In this document: piece by piece, positions 22,857-32,000 of the stretch
Position numbering within the stretch: the first letter of the stretch is position 1
How the letters are laid out: every line of letters starts with the position of its first letter
Assembly: GCF_036182465.1 (NCBI RefSeq)
Contig: NZ_CP108081.1
Coordinates: forward strand, 3,374,349-3,406,348
From: Streptomyces sp. NBC_00258
GTDB lineage: Bacteria > Actinomycetota > Actinomycetes > Streptomycetales > Streptomycetaceae
Reading direction: 5' to 3'
Length of the DNA stretch: 32,000 bases
Made by a program: the position numbers and the translations under genes
The notes under the pieces: model-generated
Database searches by the model: none
What the model saw: the letters and a program-made list of their open reading frames with translations, nothing else
What the model was told of the DNA's origin: nothing

Positions 22857-24014
22857 TCAGGCCACCGAACCTATTCGTGCGGTGGGCCTCAGTGTCGACG
22901 ACATGTCGTGGTGGATGGGGGTGTGGGCGCCGGTGAGTGAGACTCCGGTGCCGCCTCGCCTGTTGGCGACGATCTCCGCGGCTATGGAGAGGGCCGTCTC
23001 CTCGGGCGTGCGGGCTCCCAGGTCGAGCCCGATCGGGGAGCGCAGGCGGGCCAACTCCAGTTCGGTTACGCCGACTTCGCGGAGACGTTCGTTGCGGTCC
23101 AGGTGGGTGCGGCGGGAGCCCATCGCTCCGACGTACGCCACGGGGAGGCGGAGCGCGAGCCGGAGGAGGGGTACGTCGAACTTGGCGTCGTGGGTCAGGA
23201 CACAGAGGACCGTGCGGGCATCGACGTGCGTGCGCTCCAGGTAGCGGTGTGGCCAGTCGACCACGATCTCGTCGGCCTCCGGGAAGCGGGCCGATGTCGC
23301 GAAGACCGGGCGGGCGTCGCACACCGTGACGCGGTAGTTCAGGAACTTGCCGATACGGACCAGGGCGGAGGCGAAGTCGATCGCTCCGAAAACGATCATC
23401 CTGGGTGGCGGGACCGATGATTCGATGAGGAGTGTGAGGGGTGCTCCGCAGCGAGAGCCCTGCTCTCCGATCTCCAGGGTGCCTGTGCGGCCCGCGTCCA
23501 GGAAGGCGCGCGCCTCGTCCACGGCCGTCCGGTCCAGTTCCGGGTGGGCGCCGAATCCGCCCTCGTACGAGCCGTCCGGGCGGACCAGCAGGGCGCGGCC
23601 CAGGAGTTCCGGAGGTCCGGATGCGATACGCACCACTGCCGCCGCCTCCCCGCGCGTGGCGGTGGCGAGGGCCTGAGTGAAGATCTCCCGGTCGGAGTCC
23701 TCGGCGCGTACCGGCGTGACCAGGATGTCGATGATGCCGCCGCAGGTCAGGCCCACGGCGAACGCGTCGTCGTCGCTGTAGCCGAAGCGTTCCAGGACCG
23801 GCTTCCCGTCCGCCAACGCCTGTTGGCACAGCTCGTACACCGCGCCCTCCACACAGCCGCCGGAGACCGAGCCGATCGCCGTGCCGTCGGCGTCCACCGC
23901 GAGGGCGGCGCCGGGCTGACGAGGAGCGCTGCCGCCGACGGCCACCACGGTGGCCACGGCGAAGTCGCGTCCCTGCTCGACCCACCGGTGCAGCTCTTCG
24001 GCGATGTCCAGCAT
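22857..24014 (-). CDS. XdhC/CoxI family molybdenum-cofactor insertion accessory protein
   Basis: Composite ORF trimmed to ATG 24014, with AGGAGA upstream. 385 aa. Contains ATVVAVGGSAPRQPGAALAVDADGTAIGSVSGGCVEGAV and the Rossmann-like MIVFGAIDFASALVRIGKFLNYRVTVCDAR. Confidence 0.9.
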   Translation of the reverse strand: MLDIAEELHRWVEQGRDFAVATVVAVGGSAPRQPGAALAVDADGTAIGSVSGGCVEGAVYELCQQALADGKPVLERFGYSDDDAFAVGLTCGGIIDILVTPVRAEDSDREIFTQALATATRGEAAAVVRIASGPPELLGRALLVRPDGSYEGGFGAHPELDRTAVDEARAFLDAGRTGTLEIGEQGSRCGAPLTLLIESSVPPPRMIVFGAIDFASALVRIGKFLNYRVTVCDARPVFATSARFPEADEIVVDWPHRYLERTHVDARTVLCVLTHDAKFDVPLLRLALRLPVAYVGAMGSRRTHLDRNERLREVGVTELELARLRSPIGLDLGARTPEETALSIAAEIVANRRGGTGVSLTGAHTPIHHDMSSTLRPTARIGSVA

Positions 24015-24061
24015 CTCTCGTTCTCCTAACGGTGGTTGGGGTGGCTCGTCGGTCGGGTCGG

Positions 24062-24087
24062 CCCCGCGCCCCGAAAGGGGCGCGGGG
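24062..24087. terminator. perfect 11-bp GC stem with GAAA loop after the permease gene
   Basis: CCCCGCGCCCC-GAAA-GGGGCGCGGGG. It lies 70 nt downstream of the permease stop on the minus strand. Confidence 0.6.
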
Positions 24088-24157
24088 AGCTGCGCGACCA
24101 GCCACGACGGACCCGCGGACGAAGCACCCCCAACCAGCGGAGCGCCTCGCGGAGCGC

Positions 24158-25615
24158 CTAGTGGACGCCCATCCAGCTCTCGATCGGGTTCAGGGCGAAG
24201 TAGACGAGGAAGATCGCCGTCAGGCCCCACATGAACGCCCCGATCTCCCGCGCCTTGCCCTGGGCGACCTTGATGGCGACGTAGCTGATGACTCCGGCCG
24301 CGACACCCGCGGTGATGGAGTACGTGAACGGCATGATCACGACCGTCAGGAAGACCGGGATCGCGGTGGCGCGGTCGGCCCAGTCGACGTGCCGGGCGTT
24401 CATCATCATCATGGCGCCGATGACGACCAGGGCCGCGGCCGCGACCTCGCCCGGGACGATCGCCGTCAGCGGGGTGAAGAAGAGACAGGCCGCGAAGAAC
24501 AGGCCCGTGATGACCGAGGAGAGGCCCGTGCGGGCGCCTTCGCCTACGCCTGTGGCGGACTCGACGAACACCGTCTGGCCCGAGGCGCCCGAGACGCCGC
24601 CGATCGCGCCGCCCGCGCCGTCGATGAACAGCGCCTTGGACAGACCCGGCATCCGGCCCTTGTCGTCGGCCAGCTTGGCCTCGGTGCCGACGCCGATGAT
24701 GGTGGCCATCGCGTCGAAGAACCCGGCGAGGACAAGGGTGAAGACGATCATGCCGACCGTCATCGCGCCGACCTGGCCCCAGCCGCCGAACTCCACGTCT
24801 CCGAAGATCGAGAAGTCTGGCATGGACACCGCGCTGCCGTGCAGCTCGGGTGCGCCGCTGGCCCACTGCTTGGCGTCGATGACGTCCAGGGCATTGAGGA
24901 CGACGGCGAGTACGGTGCCGCCGACGATGCCGATCAGGATCGCGCCGGGGATGCCGCGCGCCTGGAGCATGAAGATGGCGAGCAGGGTGACGGCGAAGAG
25001 CAGGACCGGCCAGCCGGCGAGTTCACCGGTCGCACCGAGGGAGAGCGGGGTCGCCTCGCCCTGGTGGACGAAGCCCGCCTTCACCAGGCCGATCAGGGCG
25101 ACGAACAGGCCGATGCCCATGGTGATCGCGTGCTTCAGCGCCAGCGGGATCGCGTTCATGATCATCTCGCGCAGCCCGGTGACCACCAGGAGCATGATCA
25201 CGACGCCGTACATCACACACATGCCCATGGCCTGCGGCCAGGTCATCTGGGGAGCGACCTGCGAGGAGAGGACGCCGGAGACGGAGAGTCCGGCGGCCAG
25301 GGCGAGCGGCACCTTGCCGAAGAAGCCCATCAGGAGCGTGGTGAAGGCCGCCGCGAACGCGGTCGCGGTGATCAGGGCCTTCTGGCCGAGCGTGTCCCCC
25401 GCCGCGTCCTTGCCGGACAGGATCAGCGGGTTGAGCAGCAGGATGTACGCCATCGCCATGAAGGTCGTGACGCCGCCGCGCACCTCACGCGCGACCGAGC
25501 TTCCTCGCTTGGATATGTGAAAGTACCGGTCGAGCCAGGACCTGCCGGCCGGGATACGGGTTCCTTCACCCGCATCGTCGGCGGTGGTCCTCGGCTCCAG
25601 TGACTGCTGGGTCAT
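24158..25615 (-). CDS. NCS2 family purine permease (AzgA/PbuG-like adenine/guanine/hypoxanthine transporter)
   Basis: 485 aa. N-terminus LDRYFHISKRGSSVAREVRGGVTTFMAMAYILLLNP is typical of the family. Polytopic membrane protein. GGGAG RBS. Confidence 0.9.
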   Translation of the reverse strand: MTQQSLEPRTTADDAGEGTRIPAGRSWLDRYFHISKRGSSVAREVRGGVTTFMAMAYILLLNPLILSGKDAAGDTLGQKALITATAFAAAFTTLLMGFFGKVPLALAAGLSVSGVLSSQVAPQMTWPQAMGMCVMYGVVIMLLVVTGLREMIMNAIPLALKHAITMGIGLFVALIGLVKAGFVHQGEATPLSLGATGELAGWPVLLFAVTLLAIFMLQARGIPGAILIGIVGGTVLAVVLNALDVIDAKQWASGAPELHGSAVSMPDFSIFGDVEFGGWGQVGAMTVGMIVFTLVLAGFFDAMATIIGVGTEAKLADDKGRMPGLSKALFIDGAGGAIGGVSGASGQTVFVESATGVGEGARTGLSSVITGLFFAACLFFTPLTAIVPGEVAAAALVVIGAMMMMNARHVDWADRATAIPVFLTVVIMPFTYSITAGVAAGVISYVAIKVAQGKAREIGAFMWGLTAIFLVYFALNPIESWMGVH

Positions 25616-25732
25616 GTGGGCCTACTCCCAAGGTTCACAGGGACACCCGCGGTTGCCTTCGGCGTTGCGGGATTTGGGAACGTGCTTCGGCCGCACGACC
25701 CGGGGGACGGCCCGAGACGAACGAACTGAGTA

Positions 25733-25777
25733 CTCCGGGCAGCGCGGAGTGTGTGACGTTCCGTGCGCCGCCCGGAG
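25733..25777. terminator. 13-bp stem hairpin immediately after the xanthine dehydrogenase large subunit
   Basis: Minus-strand RNA CUCCGGGCGGCGC...(19 nt)...GCGCUGCCCGGAG (one G-U pair). It starts 6 nt after the stop codon and is followed by a T-containing stretch. Confidence 0.45.
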
Positions 25778-25783
25778 GGTCTG

Positions 25784-28183
25784 TCACGCGGTTCCGGTGA
25801 GGTGTTCCGGACGTACCGGCGTGCGGTTGAGCTCCAGCCCGGTCGCGTTCCGAATTGCCGCAAGGACAGCCGGAGTCGACGACAGGGTCGGTGCCTCGCC
25901 GATGCCACGGAGCCCGTACGGCGCGTGGTCGTCGGCGAGTTCGAGCACGTCGACGGGGATGGTCGGCGTGTCGAGGATCGTGGGGATGAGGTAGTCGGTG
26001 AAGGAGGGGTTCCTGACCTTCGCCGTCTTGGGGTCGACGATGATCTCCTCCATGACCGCGATGCCCAGGCCCTGGGTCGTACCGCCCTGGATCTGGCCGA
26101 TGACGGACAGCGGGTTGAGCGCCTTGCCGACGTCCTGGGCGCAGGCCAGTTCGATGACCTTCACCAGGCCCAGCTCGGTGTCCACCTCGACGACCGCGCG
26201 ATGGGCGGCGAAGGAGTACTGGACATGGCCGAAGCCCTGGCCCGTACGGAGGTCGAAGGGCTCGGTCGGCCGGTGCCGCCACTCCTCCTCGACCTCGACG
26301 GCCTCGCCTTCGAGTACGTCCACCAGGTCGGCCAGTACCTCGCCGCCGTCGGTGACGACCTTGCCGCCCTCCAGGAGCAGTTCGGCGGTGGCCCAGGCGG
26401 GGTGGTACGAACCGAACTTGCGGCGGCCGATCTCCAGGACCTTCTCGCGGACCAGCTCGCAGGAGTTCTTGACGGCGCCGCCGGTGACGTACGTCTGGCG
26501 GGACGCGGAGGTCGAACCGGCCGAGCCCACCTGTGTGTCGGCCGGGCGGATCGTCACCTGCGAGACGCCCAGCTCGGTGCGCGCGATCTGCGCGTGGACG
26601 GTGACGCCGCCCTGGCCGACCTCCGCCATCGCGGTGTGGACGGTGGCCACCGGCTCGCCGCCGACGACTTCCATGCGGACCTTGGCCGTTGAATAGTCGT
26701 CGAAGCCCTCGGAGAAGCCGACGTTCTTGATGCCGACCGCGTAGCCGACACCTCGTACGACGCCTTCGCCGTGGGTGGTGTTGGAGAGGCCGCCGGGCAG
26801 CTGGCGGACGTCCGCCGCCTCGCCGGCCGCGAGCCACTGCTGCTCCGGCGGCATGGGCATCGCCTTGACGCGGCGCAGGAGTTCGGCGACCGGGGCCGGG
26901 GAGTCGACCGGCTGGCCGGTCGGCATGATCGTGCCCTGGGACATCGCGTTCAGCCGGCGGAACTCGACCCGGTCCATGCCCACCTTGTCGGCGAGCTTGT
27001 CCATCTGAGCCTCGTAGGCGAAGCACGCCTGGACCGCGCCGAAGCCGCGCATGGCGCCGCAGGGCGGGTTGTTGGAGTAGAGGGCGATCGATTCGATGTC
27101 GACGTCTTCGAGTACGTACGGGCCGACCGCGAGGGACGCCGCGTTGCCGACGACCGCCGGGGACGCGGAGGCGTAGGCGCCGCCGTCCAGGACGATGCGG
27201 CACTTCATGTGCGTCAGCTTGCCGTCCTTCGTCGCCCCGTGCTCGTAGTGGAGCTTCGCGGGGTGGCGGTGGACGTGGCCGAAGAAGGACTCGAAACGGT
27301 TGTAGACGATCTTGACCGGCTTGCCCGTGCGCAGTGCGAGGAGGCAGGCGTGGATCTGCATCGACAGGTCCTCGCGGCCGCCGAACGCGCCGCCGACGCC
27401 GGACAGCGTCATGCGGACCTTGTCCTCGGGGAGGCCGAGGACGGGTGCGATCTGCTTGAGGTCCGAGTGCAGCCACTGGGTGGCGATGTAGAGGTCGACG
27501 CCACCGTCCTCGGAGGGCACCGCGAGACCGGACTCCGGGCCGAGGAAGGCCTGGTCCTGCATGCCGAAGGTGTACTCGCCCTCGACGATGTGGTCAGCGC
27601 GCTTCCGGGCTTCGTCGACGTCGCCGCGGAGGATCGGCTGGCGGTGCACGATGTTCGGGTGCGGGACGTGGCCGATGTGGTGGTCGTCGCGGCCCTCGTG
27701 GACGAGGATCGCGTCGGGCGCGGTCGCGGACGCCTCGTCCGTGATGACCGGCAGTTCCCGGTACTCCACCTTGATCTTGGCGGCGGCGCGTCGGGCGGTC
27801 TCAGGGTGGTCGGCGGCGACGATCGCGACCGGCTCGCCGTGGTGGCGGACCTTGCCGTGCGCGAGCACCGGGGTGTCCTGGATCTCCAGGCCGTAGTTCT
27901 TCACGTCGGTCGGCAGGTCGTCGTACGTCATGACGGCGTAGACGCCGGGGGTCTTCAGCGCCTCGACCGTGTCGATGGAGACGATCTCGGCGTGGGCGAC
28001 CGTGGAGCGCAGGATCTGGCCCCAGAGCATGTCCTCGTGCCACATGTCGGAGGAGTACGCGAACTCGCCGGTGACCTTGAGGATGCCGTCCGGGCGGAGG
28101 GTGGACTCGCCGATGCCGCCCTTGGTCCGGGAACCCTGGGTGACCTTGGTGGGAGTGCCGAGGGGAGCGCTTTTGCCGGGCAT
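25784..28183 (-). CDS. xanthine dehydrogenase family, molybdopterin-binding large subunit
   Basis: Composite ORF trimmed to ATG 28183. 799 aa. Motifs: GEFAYSSDM, HHGEPVAIVAA, VGGAFGGRED, GAMRGFGAVQACFAYE, GLRGIGEAPT. Confidence 0.9.
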   Translation of the reverse strand: MPGKSAPLGTPTKVTQGSRTKGGIGESTLRPDGILKVTGEFAYSSDMWHEDMLWGQILRSTVAHAEIVSIDTVEALKTPGVYAVMTYDDLPTDVKNYGLEIQDTPVLAHGKVRHHGEPVAIVAADHPETARRAAAKIKVEYRELPVITDEASATAPDAILVHEGRDDHHIGHVPHPNIVHRQPILRGDVDEARKRADHIVEGEYTFGMQDQAFLGPESGLAVPSEDGGVDLYIATQWLHSDLKQIAPVLGLPEDKVRMTLSGVGGAFGGREDLSMQIHACLLALRTGKPVKIVYNRFESFFGHVHRHPAKLHYEHGATKDGKLTHMKCRIVLDGGAYASASPAVVGNAASLAVGPYVLEDVDIESIALYSNNPPCGAMRGFGAVQACFAYEAQMDKLADKVGMDRVEFRRLNAMSQGTIMPTGQPVDSPAPVAELLRRVKAMPMPPEQQWLAAGEAADVRQLPGGLSNTTHGEGVVRGVGYAVGIKNVGFSEGFDDYSTAKVRMEVVGGEPVATVHTAMAEVGQGGVTVHAQIARTELGVSQVTIRPADTQVGSAGSTSASRQTYVTGGAVKNSCELVREKVLEIGRRKFGSYHPAWATAELLLEGGKVVTDGGEVLADLVDVLEGEAVEVEEEWRHRPTEPFDLRTGQGFGHVQYSFAAHRAVVEVDTELGLVKVIELACAQDVGKALNPLSVIGQIQGGTTQGLGIAVMEEIIVDPKTAKVRNPSFTDYLIPTILDTPTIPVDVLELADDHAPYGLRGIGEAPTLSSTPAVLAAIRNATGLELNRTPVRPEHLTGTA

Positions 28184-28185
28184 GG

Positions 28186-28779
28186 TCAGACCGCCTCTCC
28201 CTGTCGGGCGGCCGCCAGGCGGACCGCGTCCATGATCTTCTCGTAGCCGGTGCAGCGGCAGAGGTTGCCCGACAGCGCCTCGCGGATGTCCGCGTCGCTC
28301 GGGGTCGGGTTGCGCTCCAGCATCTCGTCGGCGGCGACCAGCAGGCCGGGCGTGCAGAAGCCGCACTGGACGGCGCCGGCGTCGATGAACGCCTGCTGGA
28401 TCGGGGAGAGTTCGGTGCCTTCGCCCGCCTGGGAGTCCGAAGGCCTGGCCGCCCACTGCTTGGCCGCGTCCAGGGGCGTACCGCAGGCTCCGGAAGCCCC
28501 GGAGGCACAACCTCCGTGCTCCGCACGCTGTTTGGCGAAGTCGGCGAGGCCCTCGACCGTGACGACCTCGCGGCCCTCGACCTGGCCGGCCGCGACGAGG
28601 CACGAACACACCGGTACGCCGTCCAGGCGGACCGTGCAGGAGCCGCACTCGCCCTGCTCGCAGGCGTTCTTGGAGCCGGGAAGCCCCATGCGCTCGCGCA
28701 GGACGTAGAGCAGGCTCTCGCCCTCCCAGACATCGTCGGCTTCCTGTGGACGGCCGTTGACCGTGAAATTGACGCGCAT
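28186..28779 (-). CDS. xanthine dehydrogenase family, [2Fe-2S] small subunit (with long inter-domain insert)
   Basis: Trimmed to ATG 28779. 197 aa. First cluster CEQGECGSCTV...CSC, second cluster QCGFCTPG...NLCRCTGY. Confidence 0.9.
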   Translation of the reverse strand: MRVNFTVNGRPQEADDVWEGESLLYVLRERMGLPGSKNACEQGECGSCTVRLDGVPVCSCLVAAGQVEGREVVTVEGLADFAKQRAEHGGCASGASGACGTPLDAAKQWAARPSDSQAGEGTELSPIQQAFIDAGAVQCGFCTPGLLVAADEMLERNPTPSDADIREALSGNLCRCTGYEKIMDAVRLAAARQGEAV

Positions 28780-29669
28780 TACGCGACTCCCTCCGAATGG
28801 GCGGCGGTGCCGCGGTACGACTCCCAGGTCCAGGTGAGCGTGCGGCGGGCCATGATGGCGACCGCGTGGCGGCGGTAGCTCGCCGTGCCCCGGACGTCGT
28901 CGATCGGGTTGCAGGCGGCGGAGCACAGCTCCGCGAACTGCTTGGCGACCGACGGGGTGATGATCCTGCCGTTGTCCCAGAAGCCGCCCTCTTCGAGCGC
29001 CGCGTTCAGGAACTCCTCGGCGGCCTTGGCCCGTACGGGTGTGGGCGCGGCCGAGCCGATGCCGGTGCGGACCGTGCGGGTGTCGGGGTGCAGGGCCAGA
29101 CCGAAGGCGCAGACCGCGATCACCATGGCGTTGCGTGTGCCGACCTTCGAGTACTGCTGTGGGCCGTCGGCCTTCTTGATGTGGACGGCCCGGATGAGCT
29201 CGTCGGCGGCGAGCGCGTTGCGCTTCACACCGGTGTAGAACTCGTCGATCGGGATCAGCCGCGTGCCTCGTACGGACTGGGCCTCGACCTCCGCGCCCGC
29301 CGCGAGGAGGGCGGGGTGGGCGTCGCCGGCCGGGGAGGCGGTGCCGAGGTTGCCGCCGACGCCGCCGCGGTTGCGGATCTGCGGGGAGGCCACCGTGTGG
29401 GAGGCGAGGGCCAGGCCGGGCAGCTCGCCGCGCAGCTGCTCCATGATCGCCGTGTACGGGACCGAGGCGCCGAGGCGGACGGACTCCTCGCCGACCTCCC
29501 ACTCACCCAGTTCGCCGATGCGGTTCAGGTCCAGCAGGTACTCGGGCCGGCGGTGGTCGAAGTTGATCTCGACCATCACATCGGTGCCACCCGCAATCGG
29601 CACAGCGGTGGGGTGCTCGGCCTTCGCGGCGAGCGCCTCCTCCCAGCTGGCGGGGCGAAGGAAGTCCAT
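28779..29669 (-). CDS. xanthine dehydrogenase family, FAD-binding medium subunit
   Basis: 296 aa. Contains AGGTDVMVEINF, IRNRGGVGGNLGTASPAGD, and the CO-dehydrogenase flavoprotein C-terminal region (DDVRGTASYRRH). The TAA stop shares one base with the next ATG. Confidence 0.9.
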   Translation of the reverse strand: MDFLRPASWEEALAAKAEHPTAVPIAGGTDVMVEINFDHRRPEYLLDLNRIGELGEWEVGEESVRLGASVPYTAIMEQLRGELPGLALASHTVASPQIRNRGGVGGNLGTASPAGDAHPALLAAGAEVEAQSVRGTRLIPIDEFYTGVKRNALAADELIRAVHIKKADGPQQYSKVGTRNAMVIAVCAFGLALHPDTRTVRTGIGSAAPTPVRAKAAEEFLNAALEEGGFWDNGRIITPSVAKQFAELCSAACNPIDDVRGTASYRRHAVAIMARRTLTWTWESYRGTAAHSEGVA

Positions 29670-30098
29670 GACCGGCTCTCTTCTTCGTCTCGTGGATGGT
29701 TCTGTTCAAGCCAGTTCGTGTGCGGCGGGCCCGGCTCGTTCATACGTTGTTCACGTTGATTGAAATCAGTACACAGCGCCGTCCCGCACCTGGGTCAGTC
29801 ACCGAAACCATGAAGGAGTTCGCTGGCCAGGGCGCGCATCTTGTAGATTCGTATGAACGGAGGCCATCAGTAACCTCCCCGCTTTCCCAGGGAAACACCA
29901 GACACAGCCTCGGGAATCAGCGACCACCTGTCGCGAAAGCCCAGGACACAGGCCATGAGGGCCGGAACCACCGTCCACCGGACCCCTCGGACCCACGCTG
30001 CGGAGCCCGGGAACCCGTGCACGGGGCACCCATCCTCGGGTCACTCCGGAACCATCCAGATCCATCGTAGTTTTCGAGACAGAACGGCGGCGACGAGA

Positions 30099-31787
30099 AT
30101 GCGGCTGCGCGCACTGCTGGACACGGACGCGCTGGGCCTGCGGCTGCTCGGCGGCGAGGACGAGCTGGACCGCACGGTCCGTGGCGTGATGACCACGGAC
30201 CTGCGGGACCCCAGCCGCTATCTCTCGGGCGGCGAGCTGGTGCTCACGGGGCTCGCCTGGCGCCGCGACGCCACCGATTCGGAGCCCTTCGTACGGATCC
30301 TCGCGAGCGCCGGGGTCACCGCGCTGGGCGCGGGCGAGGCCGAGCTGGGCCCCATCCCGGAGGACCTGGTGGCGGCCTGTGCGCGGCACCGGCTGCCGTT
30401 GTTCGCCGTCAACGAGTCGGTGGCCTTCGCGACGATCACCGAGCACGTCGTACGGCAGGTGTCGGGCGAGCGCGCCGGGGATCTGGCGGCCGTGGTGGAC
30501 CGGCACCGGCGGATGATGACCTCGGGTCCCGCGGGCGGCGGCCCGGACGTGGTCCTGGACCTGCTCGGCTCCGACCTGGACCTGCGGGCCTGGGTGCTCT
30601 CCCCCGCCGGGCGCCTCATCGCGGGCTCCCCCGATGCCGAGCCGGGGCTGCCCGCCGCGGTGTGCGCGGCACTGGCGGGCGAGCATCTGTCGGCGGTCCG
30701 CACCGGGCGGCGCGGGCCGTACCGGGTGGCGGTGGGCGGCACGACGTACTCGCTCTTCCCGATCCGCAGCAGCGCGCGGGGCCCGGGCACGGCGGTCACG
30801 ACGGGCGCGCGGGACGTCCGCGAGACGGTCCTGTCGGACTGGCTGCTCGCGGTCGAGGCCGACGCCGGGGACTGGCCGGCGGAACGGCTCGACCTGCTGG
30901 AGGGCGTGACCCAGCTGATCTCCGTGGAGCGGGACCGGCGGGACGCGGCACGCACGGTGCGGCGGCGGCTCGCGCAGGAGGTCCTCGAACTGGTGCAGAC
31001 CGGTGCCGCGCCCGGTGAGATCGCGGCGCGGCTGCGGGTCGCGGCGCCCGTGCTGCTGCCGGGGCTCGGCGCGGCCCCGCACTGGCAGGTCGTGGTCGCC
31101 CGGGTCGAGTGGGACGGCGGGGAGATCGAGGGCGGCCCGGTGGCGCAGGCCCTCCTCGAGGAGATCCTCGTCGACCCGCTGTCGTCGGGGCCCGAACCGT
31201 CCGACCGGATCGCGGTCGCCCATACGGGTGACGAGGCCATCGCGCTCGTACCGCTTCCGGCGGTTTCCTCGGAGCACGACGGCTCGGAGGCCGGGCTGCA
31301 CGCGGACACCCTCCTGGCGGCCGTACGGGACCCGCTGTCGGCGGGCCTCGACGACGACGGGCGGCTCACCCTCGGCGTCAGCGCCTCCGTTCACTCGGCG
31401 GAGGGGCTGCGCGGCGCCCTGGAGGAGGCCCGGCACGCACGCCGGGTCGCCGCGGCGCGGGCCGGCCGGGTGTGCGCGGCCGGGCACCAGGAGCTGGCGT
31501 CGCACGTCCTGCTCCTGCCCTTCGTCCCGGACGACGTGCGTCGCGCCTTCACGGCGCGGCTCCTCGATCCCCTCCGCGACTACGACCGGCGCCACCGCGC
31601 CGAGCTGATCCCGACCCTTGAGGCGTTCCTCGACTGCGACGGCTCCTGGACCCGGTGCGCAGCCCGTCTGCACCTGCACGTCAACACGCTGCGCTACCGG
31701 GTGGGACGCATCGAACAGTTGACGAGTCGCGATCTTTCCCGCCTGGAGGACAAGCTCGACTTCTTCCTGGCGTTGCGGATGAGCTGA
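30099..31787 (+). CDS. PucR family transcriptional regulator (purine catabolism regulator-like)
   Basis: ORF 29955-31787 trimmed to ATG 30099 (MRLRALLDTDALGLRLLGGEDELDRTVRGVMTTDL, a PucR N-terminal domain). C-terminal PucR HTH (CAARLHLHVNTLRYRVGRIEQLTSRDL). Confidence 0.85.
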   Translation: MRLRALLDTDALGLRLLGGEDELDRTVRGVMTTDLRDPSRYLSGGELVLTGLAWRRDATDSEPFVRILASAGVTALGAGEAELGPIPEDLVAACARHRLPLFAVNESVAFATITEHVVRQVSGERAGDLAAVVDRHRRMMTSGPAGGGPDVVLDLLGSDLDLRAWVLSPAGRLIAGSPDAEPGLPAAVCAALAGEHLSAVRTGRRGPYRVAVGGTTYSLFPIRSSARGPGTAVTTGARDVRETVLSDWLLAVEADAGDWPAERLDLLEGVTQLISVERDRRDAARTVRRRLAQEVLELVQTGAAPGEIAARLRVAAPVLLPGLGAAPHWQVVVARVEWDGGEIEGGPVAQALLEEILVDPLSSGPEPSDRIAVAHTGDEAIALVPLPAVSSEHDGSEAGLHADTLLAAVRDPLSAGLDDDGRLTLGVSASVHSAEGLRGALEEARHARRVAAARAGRVCAAGHQELASHVLLLPFVPDDVRRAFTARLLDPLRDYDRRHRAELIPTLEAFLDCDGSWTRCAARLHLHVNTLRYRVGRIEQLTSRDLSRLEDKLDFFLALRMS

Positions 31788-32000
31788 GGTCACAAGCGTG
31801 TGCGGCTGGTGGCACCAAGTGCCTTCGCCGCCGCACCCCTTGTCCCACGACTTTGTGAAATCCTTCACCCACCCCCTTGGCCGGGCGAGTGCATTCGTGC
31901 TGAGATGCCGCCACCACTCAACAGCTCAATGGCGTGCTCGGGGAGGGCAACGTGGCGTATCCCGCCATGTCTGGTTACGGAACGACTGCTGGGGACGATC

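Noticed and set aside
25616-25783. Possible purine riboswitch in the leader of the NCS2 purine permease.
   Set aside because: The minus-strand leader shows none of the conserved purine-riboswitch core elements (no U-rich junctions, no matching loop-loop sequences). Only a terminator-like hairpin from the upstream gene is evident. Not excluded without a covariance-model scan.
29808-30070. Small + strand ORF starting at ATGAAGGAGTTC in the xdh/pucR intergenic region (part of track ORF 29696-30070).
   Set aside because: Codon usage is poor, with many A-ending codons. There is no convincing RBS or family resemblance. It is more likely non-coding leader or promoter DNA.
31952-32000. Possible start of a further + strand gene (GGGGAGGG then GTG at 31952, in-frame ATG at 31967).
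   Set aside because: Only ~16 codons are visible and they are rich in atypical T/A-ending codons. This is too little sequence to support a call.
1-32000. A search for a CsoR/CstR (DUF156) gene, tRNA/rRNA genes, transposase/integrase genes and in-frame TTA (bldA-dependent) codons.
   Set aside because: By eye, none was recognisable in the sequence or in any frame of the ORF track. TTA/TAA trinucleotides seen were intergenic, out of frame, or stop codons. These absences are visual judgements and should be confirmed with HMM/tRNAscan-type tools.

Overview
High-GC actinobacterial DNA, Streptomyces-like: GC3-dominated codons, ATGA/GTGA coupled gene junctions, a Tat signal, and a CUT1 sugar ABC operon with no ATPase gene. 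All calls come from reading the six-frame track and the raw sequence; no database search was possible.

Gene content in order:
- 5' part of a class A beta-lactamase (runs off the window edge, absent from the ORF track)
- two TetR genes
- a 4-gene aromatic-type catabolic operon: VOC extradiol dioxygenase, FAH-family hydrolase, FAD monooxygenase, acetoacetyl-CoA synthetase
- a divergent MFS efflux / TetR pair
- a frameshifted DUF2993 gene
- a persulfide/sulfite-handling operon (MBL-rhodanese, TauE, rhodanese-DUF2892)
- a sigma-70 region-4 relic
- a sugar ABC operon (SBP, two permeases, DUF624) facing a Gfo/Idh/MocA oxidoreductase
- a gutted P450 pseudogene, then SRPBCC, NUDIX and stand-alone TOPRIM genes
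- a purine-catabolism block: XdhC-like factor, NCS2 purine permease, three-subunit xanthine dehydrogenase, divergent PucR regulator

Most unusual observations:
1. A ~4 kb stretch (about 19.0-22.8 kb) with extreme strand-asymmetric composition. G is far above C and T far above A on the + strand, with T-ending and TTG codons. It also holds the P450 relic and a 35/36-bp MITE-like inverted repeat.
2. Two identical perfect palindromes TACCCCCGGGGGTA, 33 bp apart, in front of the sulfur operon. They look like CsoR/CstR-type operators, but I recognise no cognate regulator gene in the window.
3. Tandem repeats (33-bp, 9-bp, 8-bp) embedded in and next to that sulfur operon.

Many long ORFs in the track are antisense shadows or 5'-extended composites and were trimmed or rejected.
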